From the NCBI RefSeq assembly GCF_963506605.1, contig NC_083288.1:29140001-29204000 (forward strand): DNA of 64,000 nucleotides, in the 5' to 3' direction. Shown here in pieces: positions 36,884-49,785 of this stretch. The DNA comes from Zootoca vivipara (taxonomy: Eukaryota). The position numbers and the translations under genes are program-made. Numbering within the stretch: position 1 is the stretch's first letter; each line of letters starts with the position of its first letter. The notes below the pieces were generated by a model. It made no database searches and was not told the origin of the DNA. It saw only the letters and a program-made list of their open reading frames with translations.

Positions 36884-37981
36884 AAATGTCAGCTTTAGAA
36901 AAGGAGTGCAGCAGGGAGGAAAGTCTTCAATTCCATCCCTCCATCTATTTCAGTCCTGATAACTACCAGTTCCTTCCCATAGGTGATGGTATTTGCACAT
37001 CTAAAAACCTTGCATGCTAAATGCAAACATACATTTAATCCCGTGTCTAATTTGCTCTTAGATGGCTCTTAACAAGACACATTCATTGAAAGTAAGTCCA
37101 GCAGCAGCTGCCAGTCATCAGTGGTGCCTAGTCATGTTGACTCTATGGAACCTCCAGTTTCAGAGATGGTGTAACTTTGAATGTCAGTTGCTGTAGGGAA
37201 GGGCTATTGCCTGTGTTTGAGCTTTCCACTCATCTTGTGGCCCAATGTGAGAAACAGGATACTTGATTTCTTAGTGTGATATAGCAGTGATCAAAAGACA
37301 TTTATAGAATTGCACTGTAGCAGTGCTGCACTGTGATTAAGAGTCTCCAAGCAGGCACTGGTAGGATTAAATAAAAAGTGGTAAATTCCTTTTTGTTACC
37401 AGAGAGGTAGCCAACCTGTTTTCCTCCAGTTATTTTGCATTTTAGGTGCCATCAGCCCCAAACAACAATTTCACTTTGTCTGAGATAATGGGGATTATCT
37501 TCCACAATGTTTGAAGGCTGCCACATTGCCAACACTTACCATAATTTCTTTTGAGTAAACTCTGTTCTGCCACACAACAGATTTATTTTAGCAGTTCATT
37601 CTTATGTGTCTTTAAACATACAGAGCCTCATCCATCATGGTACATAATCTGTTTTGAATACATACGACACACACACATATATACACACACAAATTGAATA
37701 GCAGGACTGTGCAAGAAATATGTGGAGTTTATATTCGTAACAAGCATTTCATGTAAGGTATTTGCACAGTAACATAGAATACACAATTGAATGTGACTGG
37801 CATTTCAAAACATTTCAGACAATCTTGTCAACAAGGAATGGTGCATATTGACTTAAGAAAATAGGTGAGAGACCAGCTGGTACCAGTTGTGATTACTTTA
37901 ATCCACAACTGGCTCAATGTGTGACTATGATATTCTAAAGGCAAACATAAATTTAAAAAATGAGTATAGGTCTATAATATG

Positions 37982-38191
37982 NNNNNNNNNNNNNNNNNNN
38001 NNNNNNNNNNNNNNNNNNNNNNNNNNNNNNNNNNNNNNNNNNNNNNNNNNNNNNNNNNNNNNNNNNNNNNNNNNNNNNNNNNNNNNNNNNNNNNNNNNNN
38101 NNNNNNNNNNNNNNNNNNNNNNNNNNNNNNNNNNNNNNNNNNNNNNNNNNNNNNNNNNNNNNNNNNNNNNNNNNNNNNNNNNNNNNNNNNN
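37982..38191. other. Assembly gap covering the OR stop codon
   Basis: N run; the paralogous interval 44188-44276 holds a (TCTG)(TCTA)n repeat and the stop codon. Confidence 0.95.
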
Positions 38192-39114
38192 TATGTCTAA
38201 TAATGCTTCTCCAGGCATTCTTTACATCCTTGTTGCGTAAAGTGTATATGATAGGATTTAAGAGTGGTGTCAAGACACTGTATATCACTGGGATAAGCTT
38301 GGCCTGATTTGAGGAGTAACTGCTGTTTGAAGTCGAGTAACTGAAGAGGGCGCTGCCATAGTACAAAAGGACCACAGTGAGGTGAGAGGAACAGGTGGAG
38401 AAAGCCTTTTGTCTCCCTTCTGAAGACCTTATTTTTAAGACTGTTGAAATGATGTAAGTATATGATAGGAGGATACAAAGTAATGGGGTCCAAGCTATGA
38501 AAAGGCCAATAGAAAGCAAGAGGATATGGTTAAGGGAAGTATCACCACATGATAGCTTCAGCAGGGGGGGGAATATCACAGTAGAAAGCATCAAGGCGGT
38601 TCTTCCCACAAAACGGTATTTGGAAAGCAAAGGTGGTGTGCACAGCTGAGTTGAGGAAACCCCCAGTCCAGCAGGCCATGGCCAGTTGGAGACAAATGGT
38701 TTTGCCTATAATCAGTGTGTAGCGCAAAGGGTTGCATATGGCAACATAGCGGTCAAATGCCATTACTGCAAGAAGGAGGCATTCGGTGCCTACAAAGGAG
38801 AAGAAAAAATACACCTGGAGCACACAACCCATGTAAGAAATGTTGCTTCTCTCAGAGAGAAGGTGAGCCAACATCTGGGGTATCGTGGTAGTAGTGTAGC
38901 AAATGTCAAGAAAGGAGAGATTCCCAAGGAAGAAATACATGGGCGTTCTGAGCCTCTGATCCACCAAAGTCATTACTACAATGAAGGTATTCCACAGCAC
39001 AGTGAAAAGATAGATGATTAATAATGCACTGAAGAGAAAAATACTTTCCTCCTGCAGATTTTTAAAACCTAGGATGATGAACTCAGACAGGCCAGTTTCA
39101 TTTTGTGTCTCCAT
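38192..39114 (-). pseudogene. Olfactory receptor with +1 frameshift in a G8 run (38564-38571); 3' end lies in the gap
   Basis: Split into two ORFs; paralog 44264-45196 has gaggggg (7 nt) where this copy has gggggggg (8 nt). Confidence 0.8.
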
Positions 39115-41379
39115 ACCTTGACAAATAAACAACTGGTTTTCTGTAGAGAAGAGGGAAATGAATTGTGATCATGTTAATAAAGAGTGTGTCACATTGACAT
39201 TATATACACTATAAAGTGCAGAAGATGACAGAGGTATGTTTCTGATGGGCCTTTCTTTGAGAAGAGATATTCCTTCTGTCTGCAGGATAACTCTGTGACC
39301 TTTCCTGCAAGAACACTGCAGATTTATCACTACAAGAAGAAATCCTAGCATACCATATTCAGCTCTTATCCCAATAGAACTAATATGGATGTTGATCTGT
39401 GTAGAGTGCTGTGAATCCAACTGATATTTCAAGTCCATATGGGTCCTTATCACCAAATACTAGCAAGAAGCTGTCAATATGATGTGTGTTGGGGACATTT
39501 TTATGGTTAGAGGTGTGAGACAGACTATTGAGAAATAACTGGCAGTTGCTAATATGGAACTCACCAATTCTACACAGTGTTTGGATTGAAATTATAGACA
39601 TTACTGAAATAAACTCATGTATCTGTGGTATAGTAGTCTCCCTCTTGGGAATCATCCTAAAATACTTAGTAAAAATGAATTTATATAGATTTTCTTTCCC
39701 ACATATGCCCAAACATAAAGCTGTTATAACATGATTTTAACAGCACAGCAATACCGTGAGCCAGAATTAGCTAATAAATAATGACTTCACCCATTTCTCT
39801 CCCTTTCCTCCCCCGTTAACCGAAGTGGATAGGAAGCAATTTGAACTTGGTCCTGTGTTATGCAATCCCCACGCTTGATCCTTTGGACATAACAAGCAGA
39901 AGTTTGAAAGGACTTTTTCTTAAAGGATAACTATACAAATCTATCTTACCTTGGGAACCCTGATCCAAAATAATTTTCAGTATTATCTCCAGTTGTAATA
40001 TCCATGAAACATTCTCCAGTAGATCACTCATGTTAGAAAACTGCATGCACAGACAATTGCTAGCACATCTATGCTATCTTGTTCCAAAGCTCTGGAGTTG
40101 ACATTAATTTTTGAAATGGGTTGTGAAGTTTCTGCTCTGCGATACAGTGAAGGGAAGCAAATTATGTTCCAGCAAAATTACTGAAATTTGTCAGGATTGT
40201 TCCTCATATCTCAGCAGAGGAACAACAGGAAACATTACAGCAGGTTGTTCGTACAGCTAACAGATGTCACCTGCCTTTCAACTTTCTTGGGCATCCTATT
40301 CGAAGTCAAGCTGAAGAAACTCTTCACCTGAGATGACCCTTGGTAAGATATTGATTTTATGTTGTCACCATAATTCATACGAAACATTGTTTTGAAGCAA
40401 ATTGGAAGAAACATCTGAGGAATTTCAAGGAATGAAATAGAATTTGTTGAAGGCCAATATCACAGTAGTGAGGATGGTTAAAGCTCTCCACAGCTGAAGT
40501 TCTCTTCTAGCTCCCAAGTTACTTTTTGAAGACTAAATCCAAAATAATAAAATCACTGTGACTTCTGATTCACCTCTTCTCTATCAGCATCACCTAATTT
40601 AAGATGATGCCATTCTTGACGGTGCAATTTTCTTTCTAATATTCTATAAAACAAGCAAAATGACTGATATATTATCAATATGAATAAGCTACTTATGGTC
40701 CAATGAACTATTTCACCAGGTTTTACAGGAAAGTCTGCTTTTGTTGCCTGTGTGATTTTGCAACCTAGAAGGATTTTAACCTAGAAGGATTTATTAATTT
40801 CAGTGAAGCAACTGTTGCTTATATAGGCACAAATATGAAGGAGGCCTTTGAGGACTTTCTGCCCAAGAGAATTCCATCCTGTTTTCCAAAGAAAAAACAG
40901 CAAATATTCAGATCAATTGTGAAGGTTAATTGGCATGCCTTGAAATAGAACGGAATAATCTTTTAATAAACGTACCTGATGATAAGCATGCATGATCTCA
41001 GATATTAGCCTGCATTGGCTGTGACTGGGGATAGATAACAGAAAGGAAAATATCAACCATATAAAATCAATGAATTGGAAGTAAAACTGGATTTTCATCA
41101 AATTATCCAGAAACAGTCTCATACTAGAATAAGAACAAAATCCTAATTTTGTCTTGTCAGAAGAATTTCTGGTTGAAATAGGGTTTACTCCCAGGTAACA
41201 GTGACTTGGTTTGCAGTCTTATTGAATTGACAATGTTTTTGTGACATTCCTGCTGCCACAGTGACCAAAGCAGAGAGAAGAGAGGCCTGGGGTGGTGGTG
41301 GACACCTGGCTATTTATGATCCTCTCACCTTTCTCTCAGGGTTTTGTGACAGTCATCCTTTATTCATAAACATTATACC

Positions 41380-41765
41380 TCCCACCAACACCACTTCCCA
41401 CAGACACATTTAAAAGGCTGGAGAATATTTATCAGCCAAAGACCTGGTTGAAGAGGAACATTTTTGGCTGGCACCTAAAAAGGTATAATGAAGGTACCAG
41501 GTGAACATCCCTGGGGCAAGCATTTCACAAACAGGGAGTCACTACAGAAAAAGCCTGTTCTCGTGTTGCCACCCTCCAGGCCTCATGTGGAGGAGGCACG
41601 TGAAGAAGGCTCTCAGATAATAGACATAGAGACCGGGACAGCTTATATGGGGAGAGGCAGTCTTTGATGTATTGAGGTCCTGAGCCATTAAAGGCTTTAT
41701 AGGACAAAGCCAGCACATTAAATTGGACCCGGAAACTATTTGGCAGCCATTGCAGTCCAGGCAAG
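41380..41765 (-). mobile_element. L2 LINE fragment
   Basis: ORF LQWLPNSFRVQFNVLALSYKAFNGSGPQY is typical of L2 ORF2. Confidence 0.8.
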
Positions 41766-42030
41766 TGTCAGGCTTTAGGAAATCAGCTTCTTCCCCTGAG
41801 GCAGTAAATAAGAAGATGAAACGAAAGGAACGTCTTACCAGTTAGATTCTTTAATAATCACAGTGAGAGAGAAAAAGAACACAACTTACTAGAAATGGTG
41901 GTGCTCCCAATTAAGGCTCACTCCCCCCCTATCCCTATTAATCTACGTCACTCCTACGTCTTGTAATCTGATTTTGTACCCTCTGCACTTTCTGTTTTAC
42001 CAATTTCTGAGCTCTCTGTGTCTTTGGGGA
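41766..42030. mobile_element. Left part of an LTR (TGTCAGG start) inserted in L2
   Basis: Overlaps 47533-47558 (tttctgagctctc..gtctttgggga); the other end CCTGACA lies at 47801-47807. Confidence 0.55.
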
Positions 42031-43673
42031 CATGTTTTGTTAAACTCTTAAGTAGTGGTGGGTGAATCTGTCAGTGTTGGTTTCTCTCAGTTTCTCCCAT
42101 GCCCCCCATTTCAGTTCAATTATTCAGATTTCCACATTATATTAAAGTCTTCTTCTTTTAATCCTCATGAATATTTCTGAGTATTTTATTGTAAATGTTC
42201 CCAAATATACACATTTTTCATGAATTTTAGATACGAACGCTACAACCCAGTAAACGCATGCATTATTTGGCAGGGGAGCCATGTTACAAAATTTTGAGAA
42301 GCATGAATTATGAAGATTAACTGTGTTTCAGTCTCACATTTTCCCCCATAGTAGCACAAAAAAAACCCACAAATGTTCATGTGAAAATATGAGGTATTTG
42401 GTGGAAGTTGGGGTCTCCAAGCTACCCAGCTTCAACTCTTTTTCATACCCTGGTAGTAAGGCAAGTTGCAACAAATTGCTGCGAATCTTATTTCCTGACA
42501 CAAAACACCAATGTGCAGGGCCCCCATCCAAATCAAGACTAGGGGTCTGGTGTGCAGGCTTTATGCTTTTCACAAGTGGACCACAGACAACACTAGTTTC
42601 TGAAGGAAATTATGTGATGCTAAAGACGGCATTTTAAAATTGCAGTTAACACCTTATATGGTTGAAGAATAACACAAGGGCAGGAAACTGTGACCCTCAG
42701 ATGTACTGTGGACTCCCACTCCCTTCAGCCCCAGGAAACATGGCTGATGGTCAGGTGTAACGGGATCTGTACTTAAGCAACATCTGAAAGACCAGAGGCA
42801 TATGAAAATGAACATATTTTTAATGGAATCAGTGTCTCTTTATGTAACCACTTAAGAACTCCATTTTTAAAGACCATGTCAATACCATACCAATAATGTA
42901 AGCACATGATTGTATCTGACAAATTAAAACTCTGAGTACAGGCAGCTTCCATATACACAATATTAACAACCTAAATAGCTGATGGTATTTGCACATCTAG
43001 AAACCTTGCATGCTAAATGCAAACATGCATTTAATCCCGTGTCTAATTTGCTCTTAGATGACACTGAACATGACACATATATTGAAAGTTAAGTCCAGCA
43101 GCAGCTACCAGTCATCTGTGGTGCCTAGTCGTGTTGACTCTATGGAACCTCCAGTTTCAGAGACGGTGTAACTTTGAATATCAGTTGCTGTAGGTAAGGG
43201 CTATTGCCTGTGTTCGAGCTTTCCACTCATCTTGTGGCCCATGGTGAGAAACAGGATGCTTGATTTCTTAGTCTGATATAGCAGTGATCAGTAGACATTT
43301 ATAGGATTGCACTATAACAATGCTGCCCTGTGATTAAGAGTCTCTAAGCAGGCACCTGTAAGATTAAATAAAAAGTGGTACGTCTCCTTTTTATTGCCGG
43401 AGAGATAGCCAACCTGTTTCCCTCTAGTTATTTTGCATTTTAGGTGCCATCAGCCCCAAACAACAATTTCACTTGTCTGAGATAATGGGGATTATCTTCC
43501 ACAATGTTTGAAGGCTGCCACATTGCCAACACCTACCATAATCCGTTTTGAGTAAAATCTGTTCTGCCACACAACAGATTTATTTTAGCAGTTCATTCTT
43601 ATGTGTCTTTAAACACACTCATATACACACACAAAAATTAATAGGAGGACTGTGCAAGAAATATGTGGAGTTT

Positions 43674-43924
43674 GTGTGGCGATACCCTGACCCTCCCCGA
43701 ATAAATAAAGACACAAGACACCGTGAGTAAGGTTAATGGGCATAAAAGGCCACAACTTTATTGATTACGGATATAGAGAGGTATTGGCTTAGGCATTGGA
43801 TCTAACCGACTACACCCGACAACCATCCCCCCAGCACATGAAGGGCTCGTGGGGTGCCCGCAACCTCTCTTCCTACTATGCTTGCTATGAATATAAAGTC
43901 CCTTCCGGCATAGCAGGAAGGGAC
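43674..43924 (-). mobile_element. TTT-bounded repeat, copy 5 (internally deleted)
   Basis: Both ends match copy 1; the empty site in the paralog at 37728-37730 has a single ttt, while this site has ttt on both sides. Confidence 0.8.
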
Positions 43925-43944
43925 TTTATATTCATAGCAAGCAT
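43878..43944. repeat. Perfect 29-bp inverted repeat with a 9-nt loop
   Basis: atgcttgctatgaatataaagtcccttcc-ggcatagca-ggaagggactttatattcatagcaagcat. Confidence 0.95.
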
Positions 43945-44263
43945 TTCAAGTAAGGTATTTGCACAGTAATATAGAATTCACAATTGAATGGCATTTCAAA
44001 ACATTTCAGACAATTTTCTCAACAAGGAATGGTGCATATTGACATAAGAAAACAGGTCAGAAACTAGCTGGTACTTTTCAGAAGTTGTGACTACTTTAAT
44101 CCACAACTGGCACAATGTGTGACTATGATATTCTAAAGGCAAACATAATTTTGTTTTTTTTTAAAAAAATGAGTATAGGTCTATAATCTGTGAATGTGTG
44201 TTAGATCTGTCTGTCTGTCTGTCATATCTATCTATCTATCTATCATCTATCTATCTATTCTCC

Positions 44264-45196
44264 TCATATTGATTTATGTCCAATCATGCTTCTCCAGGCA
44301 TTCTTTACATCCTTGTTGCGTAAAGTGTATATGATAGGATTTAAGAGTGGTGTCAAGACACTGTATATCACTGGGATAAGCCTAGCCTGATTTGAGGAGT
44401 GACTGCTATTTGAAGACAGGTAAGTGAAGATGGAGCTGCCATAGTACAAAAGTACAACAGTGAGGTGAGAGGAACAGGTGGAGAAAGCCTTTTGTCTCCC
44501 TTCTGAAGACCTTATTTTTAAGACTGTTGAAATGATGTAAGTATATGATAGGAGGATACAAAGTAATGGAGTCCAAGCTATGAAAAGGCCAATAGAAAGC
44601 AAGAGGATTTGGTTAAGGGAAGTATCACCACATGATAGCTTCAGCAGAGGGGGAATATCACAGTAGAAAGCATCAAGGCGGTTCTTCCCACAAAACGGTA
44701 GTTGGAAAGCAAAGGTGGTGTGCACAGCTGAGTTGAGGAAACCCCCAGTCCAGCAGGCCATGGCCAGTTGGAGACAAATGGTTTTGCCTATAATCAGTGT
44801 GTAGCGCAAAGGGTTGCATATGGCAACATAGCGGTCAAATGCCATTACTGCAAGAAGGAGGCATTCGGTGCCTACAAAGGAGAAGAAAAAATACACCTGG
44901 AGCACACAACCAGTGTAAGAAATGTTGCTTCTCTCAGAGAGAAGGTGAGCCAACATCTGGGGTATTGTGGTAGTAGTGTAGCAAATGTCAAGAAAGGAGA
45001 GATTCCCAAGGAAGAAATACATGGGCGTTCTGAGCCTCTGATCCACCAAAGTCATTACTACAATGAAGGTATTCCACAGCACAGTGAAAAGATAGATGAT
45101 TAATAATGCACTGAAGAGAAAAATACTTTCCTCCTGCAGATTTTTAAAACCTAGGATGATGAACTCAGACAGGCCAGTTTCATTTTGTGTCTCCAT
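44264..45196 (-). CDS. Olfactory receptor, intact, 310 aa (ATG of METQNET)
   Basis: [49 protein letters not shown]; acceptor ctcttctctacag upstream. Confidence 0.97.
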   Translation of the reverse strand: METQNETGLSEFIILGFKNLQEESIFLFSALLIIYLFTVLWNTFIVVMTLVDQRLRTPMYFFLGNLSFLDICYTTTTIPQMLAHLLSERSNISYTGCVLQVYFFFSFVGTECLLLAVMAFDRYVAICNPLRYTLIIGKTICLQLAMACWTGGFLNSAVHTTFAFQLPFCGKNRLDAFYCDIPPLLKLSCGDTSLNQILLLSIGLFIAWTPLLCILLSYTYIISTVLKIRSSEGRQKAFSTCSSHLTVVLLYYGSSIFTYLSSNSSHSSNQARLIPVIYSVLTPLLNPIIYTLRNKDVKNAWRSMIGHKSI

Positions 45197-45796
45197 ACCT
45201 TGACAAATAAACAACTGGTTTTCTGTAGAGAAGAGGGAAATGAATTGTGATCATGTTAATGAACAGTGTGACACTTTCATTATATACACTATAATGTGCA
45301 GAAGATGACAGAATTGTCTTTCTGATGGACCTTTCTTTGAGAAGAGACAATCCTTCTGTCTGCAGGATAACTCTGACCTTTCCTGCAAAAACACTGCAGA
45401 TTTATCACTACAAGAAGAAATCCGAGCATACCGTAATCAGCTCTAATCCCTAAAGAACTAATATGATGGTGATCTATTTAGAGTGCTGTGAATCCAACTG
45501 ATATTTTCAAGTCCATATGGGTCCTTATCACCAAATACTAGCAAGAATATGATGTGTGTGGTAAATATTTCAATGGTTAGAGGAGTAAGACAGACTATTG
45601 AGAAATAACTGGCAGTTGCAAATATGGAACTCACCATTTCTACACAGTGTTTGCATTGAAATGATAGACATTCCTGAAATAAATTCATGTATCTGTGTAT
45701 AGTTGTCTCCCTCTTAGGAATCATCCTAAAACACTTAGTAAAAATGGATTTATATAGATTTTCTTTCCCACATATGCCCAAACATAAAGCTGTTAT

Positions 45797-45842
<46 letters not shown>
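45797..45842. repeat. (AAC)n microsatellite, absent from the paralog near 39728
   Basis: Direct comparison of the duplicates. Confidence 0.9.
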
Positions 45843-47532
45843 TATGTAGTTAATTTTAGCAGCACAGCTATACCGTGAGCCAGAATCAGCTGATAAATCA
45901 TGACTTCACCCATTTCTCTCCCTTTCCTCCCCCATTAACCAAAGTGGGAAGGAAACAATTTAAACTTGGTCCTGTGTTATGCAATCCCCACGCTTGATCC
46001 TTTGCACATAATGAACAGAAGTTTGAAATGATTTTTTCTTAAAGGAAAACTGTACAGATCTACATTACCTTGGGAACCCTGATCCAAAATAATTTTCAGT
46101 ATGATCTCCAGTTGTAATATCCATGAAACATTCTCCAGTGGATCACTCATGTTAGAAAACTGCATACACAGACAATTTCTAGCACATCTATGCTATCTCG
46201 TTCCAAAGCTCTAGAGTTGACACTAATTTTTGAAATGAGTTGTGGAGTTTCTGCTCTGCGATACAGTGAAGGGATGCAAATTATGTTCCAGCAAAATTAC
46301 TTTACTGATATTTTTCAGGATTGTTCCTCATATCTCAGCAGAAGAACAACAGGAAACATTACAGCAGGTTGTTACTACAGCTAACAGATGTCACCTGCCT
46401 TTCAACTTTCTTGGGCATCCTATTCGAAGTCAAGCTGAAGAAACTCTTCACCTGAGAGGACCCTTGGTAAGATATTGAATTTATGTTGTCACCATAATTC
46501 ATACGAATCATTGTTTTGAAGCAAATTGGAAGAAACATCTGAGGAATTTCACGGAATGAAATAGAATTTGTTGAAGGCCAATATCACAGTAGTGAGGATG
46601 GTTAAAGCTCTCCACAGCTGAAGTTCTCTTCTAGCTCCCAAGTCACTTCTTGAAGACTAAATCCAAAATGATAAAATCACTGTGGCTTCTGATTCACCTC
46701 TTCTCTATTAGCATCACCTAATTTAAGATGATGCCATTCTTAATGGTGCAATTTTCTTTCTAATATTCTATAAAACAAGCAAAATGACTGATATATTATC
46801 AATATGAATAAGCTACATATGGTCCAATCAACTATTTCACCTGGTTTTACAGGAAGGTCTGCTTTTGTTGCCTGTGTGATTTTTCAACCTAGAAGGATTT
46901 TAACCTAGAAAGATTTATTAATTTCAGTGAAGCAACTGTTGCTTATATAGGCACAAATATGAAGGAGGCCTTTGAGGACTTTCTGCCCAAGAGAAATCCA
47001 TCCTGTTTTCCAAAGAAAAAAACAGCAAATATTCAGATCAATTGTGAAGGTTAATTGGCATGCCTTGAAATAGAACGGAATAATCTTTTAATAAACATAC
47101 CTGATGATAAACATGGTTGATCTCAGATATTAGCCTGCATTGGCTGTGACTGGGGATAGATAATAGAAAGGAAAATAACAACCATATAAAATCAATGAAT
47201 TGGAAGTAAAACTGGATTTTCATCAAATTATCCAGAAACAGTCTCATATTAGAATAAGAACAAAATCCTACTTTTGTCTAGTCAGAAGAATGTCTGGTTG
47301 AAATAGGGTTTACTCCCAGGTAAGAGTGACTTGGTTTGCAATCTTATTGAATTGACAATGTATTTGTGACATTCCTGCTGCCACAGTGACCAAAGCAGAG
47401 AGAAGAGAGGCCTGGGGTGGTGGTGGACACCTGGCTATTTATGATCCTCTCACCGTTCTCTCAGGGTTTTGTGACAGTCATCCTTTATTCATAAACATTA
47501 CACCCCACCACCACCACTTCCCACAGATCCAC

Positions 47533-47807
47533 TTTCTGAGCTCTCCCTGTCTTTGGGGAAGGTGAATGCTGGGTGAATGCAGTCCAGAGACTTTGAATCT
47601 GTTAAGCCTTTCTCTTCCACTGCTTCTTCTCCTGGATGTCCCCCATCCAGTATTTCCCAGCTTCTGCTTTCTGAACTATGCCCCTCTACAAACCACTGTT
47701 CCAAATCTATACTATCCACTTGCTCTTGGAAAGATTCAGGATCAGGAAGAGGGGGTGGCTCCCACCATTCTTCCTCAGTGCAGCCCTCTTCAGCACAGTC
47801 CCTGACA
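47533..47807. mobile_element. Right part of the same LTR (ends CCTGACA)
   Basis: Terminal inverted repeat to TGTCAGG at 41766; L2 sequence resumes at 47808. Confidence 0.55.
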
Positions 47808-48110
47808 CCATGATTGGTGTAATATGCCCCAACTGTCTTGTCCTGGTGACCAACCTGACCTCTGAATTCCGCACCAGCTGGAGCTTCTGAATTGTCTTCA
47901 AAGACAGCCATACATATAATGTGTTGCAGTAATCCAGCCTAGAGGTCTCCAGAGCATAGACAACTTAAGTCAGGCTATATCTGTTCAGATAGGAACATAG
48001 CTGCGCCACCAGCCTAAGCTGAGGCTCCTGAGGCCACCTGAGCCTCCACTGACAGCAGAGGATCTAGGAGTACCCCCCCCCCAAACTACATACCCTCTCC
48101 TTCAGAGGGA
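47808..48110 (-). mobile_element. L2 LINE fragment
   Basis: Minus strand encodes KTIQKLQLVRNSEVRLVTRTRQLGHITP (L2 ORF2). Confidence 0.75.
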
Positions 48111-48392
48111 GGGTACCACTTGCTTAGAATTAGCTAAGCTTTTCTTCTTTTTCGTAATGTTCTATCTGAAATAATTACTATAAGTAGTAGTATGTTTATC
48201 ATTTGAGTTCATTGAAATGACTAATGAGTGCAAAACACTTGATCATTGAAAGAGAAGCAAGTTAAAGCAATACTATAGACCAGAGACAGCAAATTTCATA
48301 TCTGGTGACTCGAGCACACACAACCTAATGATGACAAACAGCTGGTGGTTTATTTCTTTATTGACAAAGCATAGTAGCTCCTGAGGTGTACT

Positions 48393-48442
<50 letters not shown>

Positions 48443-48995
48443 TTCTGGTGGGTAGGCAGCTGGCACCCCTCCCCAGGCTTACACTCTGAGTTGGATTGTT
48501 GGAGCAATGTGTGGCCACGCCCAAAAGCTAACCTAAGTACACGTACCTAACAGCACAAGGACAAGCACCCTGTGATTTAGCCTACACGGAAGTTGTTGCT
48601 GTGTTTGCCTCTTCAAATCCTTCCTGTTCCAGGAAGACAGAAGGACAGCCCTGCCTGGAGCTCCTCTCCATGAGCACTGGTTCATCTGATGCCGGGAGAG
48701 GAGCGCTGGACTGGGCCACACTAGGGGTGCCTGTCAGGGGCAACTGCTTCATGCCCCCTCAAAAATATACACCCAGGGCCATGGCCCCACTGACACCCCC
48801 CCACTACACCCCTGATTCCTCATAAGTCTTGGTTGAATGCTTGGTCACCCTCCTCTGCACACATTCCAAGTTTTGATTCTTTTTCAGAGTTCATATGTCA
48901 GGAACGTGGCCCCCAAGGGTGCAGCAGAAGGGTCAGCCTTGGAAATTGAGCAATGAGATGACTCTTCAGCTGAGAGCTGTCTGTCTGAGTTTAGA

Positions 48996-49049
<54 letters not shown>

Positions 49050-49785
49050 TTATTTGTGTCCCACCCATCCAGCTGGGTTTCCCCAGCCACTCTGGGCGGC
49101 TTCCAACAAAGATTAAAATACATTAAAATGTCACACATAAAAAAACTTCCTTAAACAGGGCTGCCTTCAGATGTTTTCTAAAGGTCAGGTAGTTGTTTAT
49201 CTCTTTGACATCTGATGGGAAGGCATTCCACAGGGCGGGCGCCACTACCGAGAAGGCCCTCTGCCTGGTTCCCTGTAGCTTTGCTTCTCACAGTGAGGGA
49301 ACCGCCAGAAGGCCCTCGGCGCTGGATCTCAGTGTCCAGGCAGAATGATGGGGTTGGAGACACTCCTTCAGGTATACTGGCGGTTTAGGGATTTAAAGGT
49401 TAGCACCAACACTTTGAATTGTGCTCGGAAACGTACTGGGAGCCAATGTAGGTCTTTCAGGTGTTACATGTAGGTGTTACGTGGTCTCGGCGGCTGCTCC
49501 CAGTCACCAGCCTAGCTGCCGCATTCTGGATTAGTTGTAGTTTCCAGGTAACCTTCAAAGGTAGCCCCCACATAGAGCACATTGCAATAGTCCAAGCGGG
49601 AGATAACTAGAGCATGCACCACTCTGGCGAGACAGTCCGCGGGCAGGTAGGGTCTCAGCCTGCGTACCACATGGAGCTGGTAGACAGCTGCCCTGGATAC
49701 AGAACTGACCTGCACCTCCATGGACAGCTGTGAGTCCAAAATGACTCCCAGGCTGCACACCTGGTCCTTCAGGGGCAGAGTTACC
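48996..49785 (-). mobile_element. L2 LINE 3' portion with (TTA)n tail
   Basis: SLGVILDSQLSM...VHALVISRLDYCN motif; frameshifted. Confidence 0.9.

Larger units (their letters stand above)
36978..42978 (+). repeat. Segmental duplication unit A (paralogous to 42975-47550 and 55439-57268)
   Basis: 36980-41404 aligns to 42978-47527; 42058-42978 aligns to 55439-57268. Confidence 0.9.

Noticed and set aside
45197-45214. MFICQG N-terminal extension in the ORF track (also 39115-39132)
   Set aside because: Starts at a non-ATG codon; the real start is more likely METQNET
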